NCBI GenBank assembly: GCA_900617105.1
Contig: UYFQ01000277.1
Coordinates: forward strand, 1-49,998
Direction: 5' to 3'
From: Hydrurus foetidus
Taxonomy: Eukaryota
DNA: 49,998 bases
Below are positions 38,145 through 49,869 of the stretch, one piece after another (positions within the stretch are counted from its first letter, which is position 1; every line of letters begins with the position of its first letter). The notes under the pieces are model-generated. The model was not told where the DNA came from and did no database searches. It was given only the letters and a program-made list of their open reading frames with translations. Position numbers and translations under genes: made by a program.

Positions 38145-41100
38145 ATGCCTCCCAAACGCGCCGTTGAAGCTTTGAAAAGCACTGAGGAGTGCATCCTTCA
38201 ATATGGCAAATTCAACAACACTATAAAGTGGAGAGAGAGTATGCAGACTATAGTCACATAACTATACGGCATAGTCGGTATGTTCTTCGCGACAGATGTG
38301 AGATACGAACTACCAAGGACAATCCTCCACTACCCAGACGCATCGTCGTCAGAAGATTCGACGTCCGAATCTGAGCATGACGCCCTAGCGGACGAAGATG
38401 AGGAACCCGCAGCCGAACCTACAGCTGCCGAGACAGCAGCAACCCTGGCATACGCCGCGGAGAAACCGGCAAGAGCCGCCGCGAGGGAGGTTCGAAACGA
38501 AAGACGCCGAAAAGCGGCAGAACGCTCACAAGCGAAATATAGAGAAGAGGACTACATCCAGAGGCAGAGAGACCTCAAAGCCCAGAAGGAGAACGAACGT
38601 ACCGTTTACCCGATGATGTGGAAGAGGAAGTCGCCTAGCTCACAGAACAGAGTAAAAGAAGAAGAGGAATTCAGAACAGCGTACATGACGCTGGACTGCG
38701 TATTACTGTGGACACTCATTCGAAAGACACACCTTACCCACATGTACGGTGACTCAGACCCGATGAAAGAAGTTAACAGGCACGAACAAGAGAGTAAGTA
38801 CTGTGCGATGAGACAAGGTGAGAGAGAGCTCATTAACACCTTTAAAGCAAGATTCGACGAGCAGGTGCTAGCCAACGAAGCAGTCGGAGCCGCCAAGGTC
38901 ACTGATGCAAGGCGCGCACTAGACTTCCTCGGAAAGCTAGATCCCAAGCGCTACCGTAGAATGACTCAAGACATGAACAACGACGCCGTGAGACACAAGG
39001 CCGACGCCTACCCCACCACACTCGCAAGGGCATACGGCATAGCCTCACGTTATCAAGGGATTGACGGTGGAGCACTGAAGGAGCCGTTACAGACACCCTC
39101 AGGGGCAGCACTTGTAACCGAAGAAGTCCACGTCATCCTGACCAAAGACACCGAGAAGGTAGCCGGGAAAACCGGAGGGACCAAGAAGAAGTCGCTGACC
39201 GAAGTGGAGTGTTATGCCTGCGAAGAAAATGGCCACTACGCAAGAAATTGTCCCAACAGAAAGTCGAAAGGAGGGAAAGTCCACGTGTCGAAGGCTGAAC
39301 CTGACAGTGACGATGACGGCGGCGAAGGGGAGTGGGGTATTGCCCTAGTAGCATCAAGTGAAAGATGCATGTTCACACAATACGATGTCCTGCTCGACAA
39401 CGAAGCCTCACTAAACATTTTCCACAACAAGAATCTACTCACTGGACTACGCAAGGCAGAACATTCAATTTAAGTCAGTGGCATTTAAGCAGGAGAAGGA
39501 GTCACAGTGGACAGCGAAGGAGAGTTCGGAGAATTTGGGACTGTATTCTACAGCGGTGATGCATCGGCCAATGTCCTATCGTTCGCATCTCAGGTGGACG
39601 CAGGGGCGACCATCCGCTACGATCACGAAGAAGACTTTTTCCCTAAAAGCCTTCACGAAGAGGGAAATCGACCGTGCGAGATCAGCAAGAGAGCTAATGG
39701 GCAGGATGGGATTCCCTACCGTAGGGACAGCGATGTCGATTGTGAACTCTGGGAGCAATTTTGACACCTCAGCGAGGGACTTCGAGATCGCAGAAGCCAT
39801 CTGGGGAAAGGACATGGCCTCTATCAAAGGGAAGACTACGAAACACGCTACTCCTACTGCTGATATCTCGGTCAAAGCGAAAACAGTCGAAAAGGATCAG
39901 GTGTTGGCGATCGATATTATGTTTATTGACAAAATCGCTATTCTAATCGGTCTAACGACTCCTCTAGGACTAACTATAGCATATAGTCTTAACAACTTAG
40001 TGCTCAAGAAGTCAAGCAGGTCAGCAGAGCACGTCAGGAAAGGAATAGCCCATTTTCTCGGAGTGCTGGGATCTCAAGGGTTTAAGACCTCGGTGATCAT
40101 GAGCGACGGAGAGGAAGCCGTCGTCACTCTAGTCGACGAACTGGGAAAGCTGGGAACTGGGAAACGTCGATGTCAGCGGAGCGGGCGGCCACGTCGCAAG
40201 AATCGAACGTAGGATTCGAGTTATCAAGGAAAGGTTACGTGCACATGTATACATTTTGCCTTTCACATTATCGAGTGTGGGTGTCGCTATGTGTGTACTT
40301 TACGTAGTTTCCTGCTAAACTACGAACCGTACGGGGAACGGGAATGGGGTCCCAGCCCGAGAGAAGCTTTCGTAGGAAGGAAACCAGACGGCAAAAGAGA
40401 CTTCCGTTGCTCATTCGGCGACTACGTGCAATGTACAGTGCCGAACACAGACGCGACGCTCAAACCGCGAACAGAGGACTGTGTAGTCATGCTGCCACTG
40501 GGGAACCGTACGGGTACCGTACGAATGCTGTCCCTAGCGACCGGGAAGTTAGTGAATAGAGACCAGTTCATCATACTGCCCATGCCAGAGTCAGTGATTA
40601 AGAGGATGAACGAGCTTGCACTAGCAGACGGTAGAATCAAGGGAACAGGGGAGTTAGAGAAACGCACGGTTAGTTCCGAGCAAGACGGTAAGGCGAGGAA
40701 CGGCCTACCAGAGACCATGCAGACTGAGGTAAACGACGGTATCGACCCATCGGTGTCTCTTATGGACGAGAATCACAATCAAGAGCTCATATACGTAGAC
40801 GCAGAGCCAGAAACCGTAACGTGCGATGCACATCAGGAGGAACCGTACACCGTAGAACCGATCTATGCGGACGATATGATACAGACACCAAGAGTAAGAG
40901 TAGAGCCGAGAGCAGTCGACATGGATGAGCTGCTGAGCAGTTTCAGACAGCTCGCGGTAGGCAATCCGGGTGCAACACAAGTGGAGTACGGTGACGAGCA
41001 GGGTGTGCCTGAGGACTATGGTGAGAATGGGGCGATAGACACGGGAGTTACAGAGGAGGCAGCAGAGGTAGCAAACAGATACTCCAGCGTAGGACATCTG

Positions 41101-42311
41101 GTGGTACCTAGACAGAAACTGATGGACATGTTCAGAGGCGACAGGCATGGAGCCGCGCTCCTCACTCGTAATTTTAATTCTGTAGGCGGCGACTGGAAGG
41201 AGTACGTACTGAATATCTCAGTGAATGAGGCACTCCGCACGAGAGGAAAGGAAGCTGAGAGCGTGATACTAAAGGAGTTAGGTCAGATGCTCGAGAAAAA
41301 AGTATGGACTCCAGTGGACATACAGAGGCTCCCGAGAGAAGAGAAAGCCCGCATCATCCGATCGAGCATGTTCCTTAAAGAAAAATTTCTGGCGAGCGGT
41401 GAATTCGAGAAACTCAAGGCAAGACAAGTCGCGGGTGGGGACCAACAAGACAAGACGCTGTACGAAGATCTGTCTGCTCCAACTGTGGGGACGAGCTCAG
41501 TATTCACCCTGCTGTGCATCGCAGCGCACGAAGGCCGTAAGATCGCAGTCATCGACATTAGCGGTGCGTACCTCAACGCTGACATGAACACCGGGCTCGC
41601 CGTGTATATGCGACTCGACAAGAACATGACAGGGATGATGGTGAAGCTTGCACCACACTACTCGAAGTACATCGACAACAGGGGATGCGTTGTGGTGAAA
41701 CTCGACAAGGCGCTGTACGGATGCGTGGAGTCTGCTGCACTCTAATACGAGAACCTCAGAGCAAGCCTACACGATCTAGGCTACACCCCCAACGCTATTG
41801 ACATATGTGTTTTCAACAAGCGGAGCCCACACGGGGTGCAATGCACCGTCGCAGTCCACGTGGACGACTTTATGATCACGAGTACCGATACAGACATGAT
41901 CGAAGCGCTGGCAGTGGGACTGGCGAATAGGTATGGAGATATAACCAGAAAAGACGGACCTGTCGTGAATTACCTTGGAATGGTGTTTGACTTAACCGCA
42001 CAGGGTGTAGCCAAAGTTTCAATGACAGGCTACGTAGAAGATATGCTGAAGGAGGTAGGAACGACCAAGGGCGCACGCACTCCCGCGACCGGTGGACTAT
42101 TCGATGTGAGGACAGACATCGCCGATGCGAGTGAGGAACAGAGGGTGACCTTCCACCGCCGCGTCGCCAAGATGCTATACCTAGCGAAGAGAGCCAGACC
42201 CGACTGTCTGACGGCCGTAGCTTTCCTAGCTACTCGAGTCACCAAGTGCACTACAGACGACCTGACCAAGCTGGACCGACTTATGAGATACGTGTGGGCG
42301 ACCAGAGACCG
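38145..42311 (+). pseudogene. Copia gag-pol, 5' part (gag, protease, integrase, RT) with stops and frameshifts
   Basis: Zinc knuckle CYACEENGHYARNC; protease VLLDNEAS; integrase LAIDIMF...MSDGE; RT VIDISGAYLNA, KALYG, VHVDDF. In-frame TAA at 38259, 39471, 39486 and 41743; frame breaks near 39640 and 40160. Confidence 0.88.
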
Positions 42312-42520
42312 TGTGGTCGGGCAAATGGAGAAAGGGTGGAAAGAGGAGGTAGGCTTAGTTACAGGTATCTATGCTAGAAGCTAGTTTAACTTCTAAGTGG
42401 ATGCTGTAGATGGCTACGACGATACGACAGCCCAACTGTAGTGTACAGTAGTAGTACCCGGTAGGATCCGGTAGAGTCGGTACCCGGTAGGATCGGGACC
42501 CTGGACCCGGTACTATCACA
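42312..42520 (-). repeat. Gypsy 3' LTR
   Basis: Matches 48953-49161; preceded on the minus strand by the PPT. Confidence 0.93.
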
Positions 42521-42893
42521 TTACCCCCACTTATCCTTCCTTCTGTCGAAAAAAAATCTAAGCTAAATCTAAACTAAATCGAAACCCCCGTTTCTTTGCA
42601 AACTTATTTTTATAACTTAATCGATAAAGAAAATATATCCAAAATTTACAAAATCGAAAATTTGAAAAAATAATAATAAAAGTGAACATAGAAAAATATT
42701 TACAAAGAAAACTTGGAGAAAGTTGGGGTTCGATGTAGAAAGATAAGGTGGGGTTGTACAAAACAGTAGAGTACTGTTGTACGAGGGTCGAAAACGTAAT
42801 TATGTCAGATTTTTACTGACTAAAAAACCATAAAAATCCCTTAGAAAGGGCAAAAATTAGGCAAAAAATCTTCAAAAGATAATACGTTCGAAC

Positions 42894-45800
42894 TCAAACC
42901 TCATCGGTTGATCCCTCAAGATTCCTGGGAATAAAACGTGACATGTTATTATTCCGCAAGTATACATGGAGTGCTTCACAGAGCCGGAGATTCTTCCAAG
43001 GCTCCCATGTATTATGTGAGTTATCATAGTTGAGCCATTTAACATGGAACGACATGGATGTCGGCTTCTTTGAATCACCAGTGTGATTAAGAACTTTCTC
43101 AACGAAATACTCCATGTAATCGCGACGTGCTGTATCAGCAGGTATGCCCAGCGATGGGTCATAATTGAAAATCTTCAGATTTTTCACATGTACACTATTG
43201 TGTTTGTGTGTAATTAAGTTCGCGAGAACATATTCGGATCCCTCAAGGGAGACAACACGGAAAGGACCTTTCCACTTTGTGTGTAATCGAGTTGGGGGAT
43301 GGTCCTGTTTTACCAGAACATATGACCCTATGGGAAACACTGTCACACCTTGTGTGGACTTTTTGTGTTTGTCATCACATTTCTGAAGAGAACCGATTGC
43401 TGCATCGAGGACTTTGTCCTGTATATCGATGAGATCTGTGATGTATGTTGAATTCGAAGATGTCAACGTTGGTAATAGATGAGGGGTCAAAATACCCCGA
43501 TTCAAATCAAGTTTATTGCCGAATAAAATCGAAGCAGGACTTTGATTTGTTCGTCGATTAACTGAACTGTTAATGATTCGTTGAACAAATGGTATGCATT
43601 TAGCATAATGTTCAAGAGATGGTGTATCAAACACGAGACCTCGTAAGTGTCTATTCACTTCTTTGTTGACCCTTTCAACAATGGCATTCTCTTGTGAGGA
43701 ATAAGCCAAAGTGAGATTATGGGGTGTACCCGTTAGGTCTAAGAACTCTTTAATGAGATCATTAGCGAAGTGGGATCCTCGATCGGATCTAATCATATTT
43801 GGCGATCCAAATCGACCAAAATGAGTCAGTAAGCATTCAGAAGCAGACTGAGCTGTAGCATCCTTACACCAGAACATTTCTGTCCATCTGGAGAAGGTGT
43901 CAATTATGACAAGAATATACCCTTTATCAGGGAATGGGCCAATATAATCGATATTTAATGTATCGAAAATAGCATGTGTGGACGTTGAAAAATGAGCAGC
44001 GCTGATATTTGCATCAATTGCGCTCAATTTCTGACAGCATGGGCAGTTTCGTATGAACGAGCGTACGTGCTGTTTCATATTTTTCCACACATGGTTAAGA
44101 CTAAAAAGTCGAGTGAGGGTACGGTCGATGCCGTTGTGACCAACAATTGAGTTGTGGCACATTTGAATGTAAACATTCTGTTCATCTGTCGGCAGTGCAA
44201 TAACCGTTAAAGCCGAAACTGCCAAAGATGATGATGAAGAAGATGATACTGGAGTATTACTCTCGGACCTGATTGTCTTAGGCAGAGCAATTTCGGTAAG
44301 ATTTGGACATAACCGTGACAGAGCATCGGCAAGTTCATTATCCGACCCTTTTACAAAGTGTACGGTAAAATCAAGTTCTTGCATTGCAATGAACCACCGT
44401 GTCACCATTGAAGTGGGGTTTTGTTTCATATATGTCAAATTCATATGATCCGTATGAATAGTGAACTTACGGTCTCGAATGAGATAATCGAGTTGTTGGC
44501 AACAGAAAAAGATAGCATAAGCTTCTTTCTGTATTGTCGACCAATTAATTTGTGTTGCCGATAGAGATTTGCTTATAAAGGCAATTGGTCTCCATTCGGT
44601 GTCGACAATTTGGAAGAGTACACCACCGATGCCATAATCGGATGCATCAGTATATAATCTGATGGGTGAATCATCATTGATGAAGTACATTAAAGGACAA
44701 CGCGATACCGCGATTTTAGTCTCATGAAATGCCAAAGTCCCCTCGGGGGTCCAATATATTGGGGAACGTTTAAGTGCCGTTGGGTCCACCATCATTTGAA
44801 GTGGTTTGACCATGTCCGAATGAAACGGTACAAATTGACGAAAGTAGTTGGCTAAGCCAAGAAATCCACGAAGGGATGTCACTTCTTTAGGAAGCGGGAA
44901 GTTGAGTACTGTCTCAATCTTTTCTTTAGACATGGATAAACCATCTTTGTCTATGACTCGTCCGACGTATTCAATACGTTTGAGACCGAATCTGCATTTC
45001 TTTGCTTTGAGCTTAAGATTTTTAAGGCGAAATCTTTCAAAAACACTGCGCAGATTCTGGAGAAACTCTGCTTCGCCCCGTCCATATACGATGCAGTCAT
45101 CGAGATACATCTCGCAACAGCGGTATATAAGACCGTAAAGGACCATTGTCACCATCTGCTCCTGAAAGTAAGAGGGGGCTCGACAAGGGCCAAAAGGCAA
45201 TCTCGTGAACTGAAACACCCCCATGAAACATATAAATGCGGTATAGATTCGGTGGGGTGTGTACAGAGGTGCTTGGTGGTAACCCGCGGTTAAATCCATC
45301 ACTCCGTAAATATCCGGTTTTTTATTACCGATCCTCTCAAAGAGGTGTTTGATATTGGGTAGGGGAAAGGAGGCCGGCTCAATGCATTCATTGAGTGCAC
45401 GATAGTCGATGCAGGTTCGATACGTATCGGCTGTCTTATTTACCATTACAGGATGACTGTAGTATGCAGCGTTCGACCTCTCGATCACACCATCCTCCAG
45501 CATTTCTTCAATTGAAGTGCGGAGGTAATGTTCCTTTTAGAGGATTGTGGGCGCACTGGTGTGCGGTTCGATGGAACCTCCCATTTTTGCCTAGGCAAAT
45601 TGATCTCAAAAGGTTTGAGATGTGCAGCTTGCGGGGCTAGCTTATCACTGAAAATATCAGCGAATTCTGAACAGAGAGTACGCAAATCCTTCTGAAGGCT
45701 TTCATCCCCTCAAAATGAATTTGTGACAAAAATCATCCGGCCCATTGGGCGGTACATTTCGGCACGTCTTGTCACGCAAGAAAGGTGCGAAAGTGTCAGT

Positions 45801-46890
45801 CTTGTCATTGTCAATCTCGTCAACGGAGAGTGCGACACCGCTTGGCCATACGGCTTCCACGTCATAGTCTGATGTAACAGAGTCCCCAGAGGTATGTGTG
45901 AGGGTGGGAATCGAGTCACCACCTAGGTGCGGGGTATCACCCGTACGTTTCGCGAGTACAGTCGAGACACTGTCCAGTCGCTGACAACCCACATCACCAC
46001 ATGGACTTTGGGTCATGACTCCCTCGGAACCAACCTGGGTAACGCTACACGTGAACGTTGCATGACAACCTGACCCCACGACTTCCTTGGTTAGAGGTGC
46101 GTGCAAAATGGCCTTCTTTGGTTTTGGCTTCGGGCAAAGGCCGTATGGTTCTCTTTTAAGAGCGAGTTTCGTCTGAGTGATTCCCTTCAACAAATCATAT
46201 GTTGGGGTAATCGACTCTACCTCTGGTTCTTCGGGTTGGAATCCCTCCGATATCATACGCCTGGTGTATTTGCTCCAGTGAAGTGGGTCAAGCTTTGTTA
46301 TTGCTTCCCTTTCTTCAAATTCTCGCCAACGAATATCCCTTTTCCTTTTGTTCTCCGCACTGAGCTCAGGAGAGATACCAAAAGCAAAAGGTGTTAATGA
46401 CATAAAATCATATTTATTTACAGTGTTGCGACTTAACAAAAGTTCAATATCTGTATTCCGATTAACTCGCAAGGTTAAAGGATTTTGTGACATTCGCCAT
46501 CATAAGAATGAAACTGGAGAGTCAAATTAATAATTTCGTTATTTACATAGCAATGGCCATCAAGACCAGAGCAAACAGTTATGGCTTTAGGAGCCTCATA
46601 ACAGAGATGCATAGCATTTAATTTTTGAATCATAATGAAAGAAATAAAATCCTCAGAATAATTGGCGGTGTCCAACACGGCCTTGCCCACAATGCGTCGT
46701 ACGCTAGTCTGGATGTCCGTATCCTTATCCTGTACCGAAACAGTAACGTTTAAGTAATTAGAAGGAAGGGTAGACGGGTCATGCAAATATTCATCTTGAA
46801 TAAGCGTTGGAAGTGTATCGACATGTGAAATGAACGACACAACATCCGGTAGGTTTAAAATGTCAGATGAATCAACATCATAATCATTTA
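42894..46890 (-). CDS. Gypsy pol (protease, RT, RNase H, integrase, chromodomain), split by single-base frameshifts as assembled
   Basis: Protease AVLDTAN; RT MDLTAGYHQ, YLDDCIVY; RNase H YTDASDYGIG; integrase HNSIVGH...CPCC, IDYIGP, SDRG, VERVN, KWKGPF; chromodomain YFVEKVLNH...FHVKWLNYDNSHNTWEP. Confidence 0.92.
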
Positions 46891-48378
46891 TACCTTGATT
46901 TTGTCCCGCTGAATCGGAAGACGAGTTGGGTCCCCCTGGGGTGGGTTGTATTTACCCCCACGGGGATTTTTCCCTTGGTATCCTCTACCAGCGTTTTGGT
47001 TACCATTATTACCCTGGTAACCGCGGTTATTACCTTGGTAACCGGAATTACCCTGGTTGTTTTGGTTACCCTGGTTGTTACCCTGGTTGTTACCTTGGTT
47101 ACCTTGGTTGTTACCTTGGTTGTTACCTTGGTTACCGCGGTTATTACCTTGGTTACCCTGGTTGGGGTTGTTTTGGTTACCCGACCCATGGTTATTCTTT
47201 GACTTCTTGTTAGTGAACATCAAGAAGGGAGGGGAACCAGCGGGGTGGTGCCGCTGACGGTTTTCGTAACCAGGAAGGATTAACCGTTCCTGCCACATGG
47301 GTTCACCGTTGGCTAACCATGCCTGCCCACAGCTGATTCAGCCCATTGAATGGAGTGATCGTTGTTTGTGTCAGTGTAATATAACACCGGGCATGCGGGA
47401 AGCATGTGTGCAGGATTGCCACACGAGCGGCAGACTCGAGGAGCCACTGGGGACCTCCAATGAGGTACGAACCGCTAGGGTGCTTTTGCCGCTAGGTGGA
47501 TCCACATCGCGAATCGCGAGTGTACTCCCCCTCTTCTATGATGCACGTAGAGGGGGTACTGCGGTACTCGGGAACGAGTAGATGAGATCAGGATTGCCGT
47601 AGCTCCTGCTCATTCGAATAGCCTCGCGCGCCGCGGAGACGACAGAGATGAGGCGCATCATGGCGGACTCCCATATCGGAGGTGACTGTGTGTCAAGCCT
47701 CTTAGACTCAAAGTAGTCTGATTGGATACGACTGCCACGAGCAAGTCGTTTCTCCAAAATCGATATCAACTCGTGCTGTTGGTTTGGAGTGATACGGCGG
47801 GTACGCTCGTAATTGGTTACCAATTCCTTGTACGCCATGTACGTGCTCAACTCTTCCTCATCGGAATTTAATGAGTAGTGAAATGGTACCTTAGCGAAAA
47901 GTTCCGCGAGGGTATGATCGGCATGGTCTCGTTGTTTATTCGAGCCAAAATACTGCATGATTAGTTTCGCAACATAATCAATGTCAAGTATATTCTGCCA
48001 TTCGAACTTCTGTTCCATTGTCAGAGACGATGGAGCAGCGTCTGTCATAATCTTGACATGTAGCAAGTCAATCGCTTGACGTTGCATGCATTCATTAATG
48101 CGTAGACGAGGCAGCCGTTGAGCCTGCTCGAAGAAGCTCTCAGCGTCTTGCGGAGTGATGTAATCGCCTTTTAAGACGAATATCTCTCGCTGCATCTGCA
48201 TAGTCTGTGGGAACAGTATAGTCTGAGCCACTGAAGACTGTGAGGTTTGGGTGGCATTTAAAATACCCCCGTCCTCTTCTAGTGTTTCCTCTTCCTCAGT
48301 TTCATCAGCTGGAGGATGTTCGATGAGGTTACCCTCATCGTCATAGCGAGGGTAAGATGCTTCTTCGTCATCGGCCAT
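46888..48378 (-). CDS. Gypsy gag with CCHC knuckle and G/N/Q-rich tail (frameshifted as assembled)
   Basis: 280-aa ORF from 48378, then CRSCGNPAHMLPAC (~47391-47432) in another frame, then GNQGNNQGNN repeats (~46980-47190). Confidence 0.8.
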
Positions 48379-48952
48379 GGTATATGACTTCGAGACGTTA
48401 TAATTCCGTCAAAGTCTAAGCAACGAAAGGATCTCGGCGTCAAATTTTTTTTGCCAGAGCTTCGCCTTGTTAGCTTTGAGGGTACTTTACGCAAGTAACA
48501 GCGAATAAGTTGATTTCAACCAACTCTTGTTGAGAAAATCTCTTAGGCGTGAAAGCCAATTTTTGAGTGGTGAAAATTTTTGGTGTCCGTAAAGGATGAA
48601 GGAAGTAATTCCCACCAGCCAAAAGAAGTCGTTAGACTAATTTGGTGTCGGTAGCAATGAATCCAATGTTCAAATTGCAACCCGACGAGTTTGAGAATGT
48701 CGAGTGGTGAAGGCTTTCGCGAATTCAACCAACTACGAACTTTGGAGACACCAATAATGGGTTCCAAGAGGAAAGAGGCTAAGCCCAACTTTCGCTAACT
48801 TAAACTAAGTTCTTGGAGCGTAGCTCAGCAAGAATTCGACTCCGCAGATGTCGTGGGTAATAATACCCAGGTGGTGGAAGTCTTAACTAAAGTTGGGACG
48901 AGTAGAGGGGAATTAGAGGCAGCAGAAAATTTCCCGAGGATAATAGTACTAT

Positions 48953-49161
48953 TGTGGTCGGGCAAATGGAGAAAGGGTGGAAAGAGGAGGTAGGCTTAGT
49001 TACAGGTATCTATGCTAGAAGCTAGTTTAACTTCTAAGTGGATGCTGTAGATGGCTACGACGATACGACAGCCCAACTGTAGTGTACAGTAGTAGTACCC
49101 GGTAGGATCCGGTAGAGTCGGTACCCGGTAGGATCGGGACCCTGGACCCGGTACTATCACA
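48953..49161 (-). repeat. Gypsy 5' LTR
   Basis: Matches 42312-42520. Confidence 0.93.
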
Positions 49162-49162
49162 A

Positions 49163-49681
49163 CGTGGTATAGTTTTCGCACCGGGAGTGAAGGGGATAGT
49201 AGTGAGTGTTCAGATCGATGCGGCATCCGGGTTGCATCCCGACGGACGATCACACACCGGTAGCTGCATAGCGGTGGGAAGCAGGGGTGCAGTGCACTGC
49301 AAGTCCGCAAAGCAGCAGATTGTAACGAAGTCGAGCACCGAGGCCGAGCTGGTCGCTCTCTCCGATTCTGCTAACCAAGCCTTACACGTGAGAAATTTCA
49401 TCATAGGTCAGGGACATTCGTGCGGACCTGTGACCATCTACCAAGACAACATGTCGTGCATGGCCCTCATCGATCGCGGGCGGTCAGCGGCGGAGCGCAC
49501 GAGACACATAGCCATCAGATACTTCTGGCTGAAGGAGCGGGTGTCCACAGGAGAGGCGAGAGTGGTACACCTCGGGACGAAAGACATGTACGCGAACATG
49601 CTGACGAAGCCACTCCATGGAGGACAGTTCAAATCGGAGAGATACGGGATCACGGGTTGGCCTGACAAAGACTTAGCTTAG
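49163..49681 (+). pseudogene. Copia RNase H domain (3' part of the interrupted pol)
   Basis: IDAASGLHPDGRSHTG, KSSTEAELVA, QDNMSC, RHIAIRY, ANMLTKPL. Rejoins the RT in frame (YVWATRD-RGIVFAPG) once the Gypsy is removed. Confidence 0.9.
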
Positions 49682-49753
49682 AATATTAATTATTAGTAGA
49701 CAACGAATGCTTGATTATCAAACTGCGAACAAATGTGTTGTAGCATAGGGGTG

Positions 49754-49825
49754 TGTTGGATATATCTGAGTTCATGACACGAACACATTATGTGTACTTA
49801 TGCATTCGTACAGCCGTACGGATTA

Positions 49826-49869
<44 letters not shown>

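Larger units (their letters stand above)
42312..49161 (-). mobile_element. Ty3/Gypsy chromovirus-like LTR retrotransposon nested in the Copia, opposite orientation
   Basis: Identical 209-bp LTRs (42312-42520, 48953-49161; TG...CA). Minus-strand PPT GAAGGAAGGATAAGTGGGGGTAA abuts the 3' LTR. Domain order PR-RT-RH-IN-chromodomain. Confidence 0.95.

Noticed and set aside
38398..49668. Numerous short antisense or alternative-frame ORFs in the retroelements
   Set aside because: They are shadows of gag-pol frames or fragments created by frameshifts.
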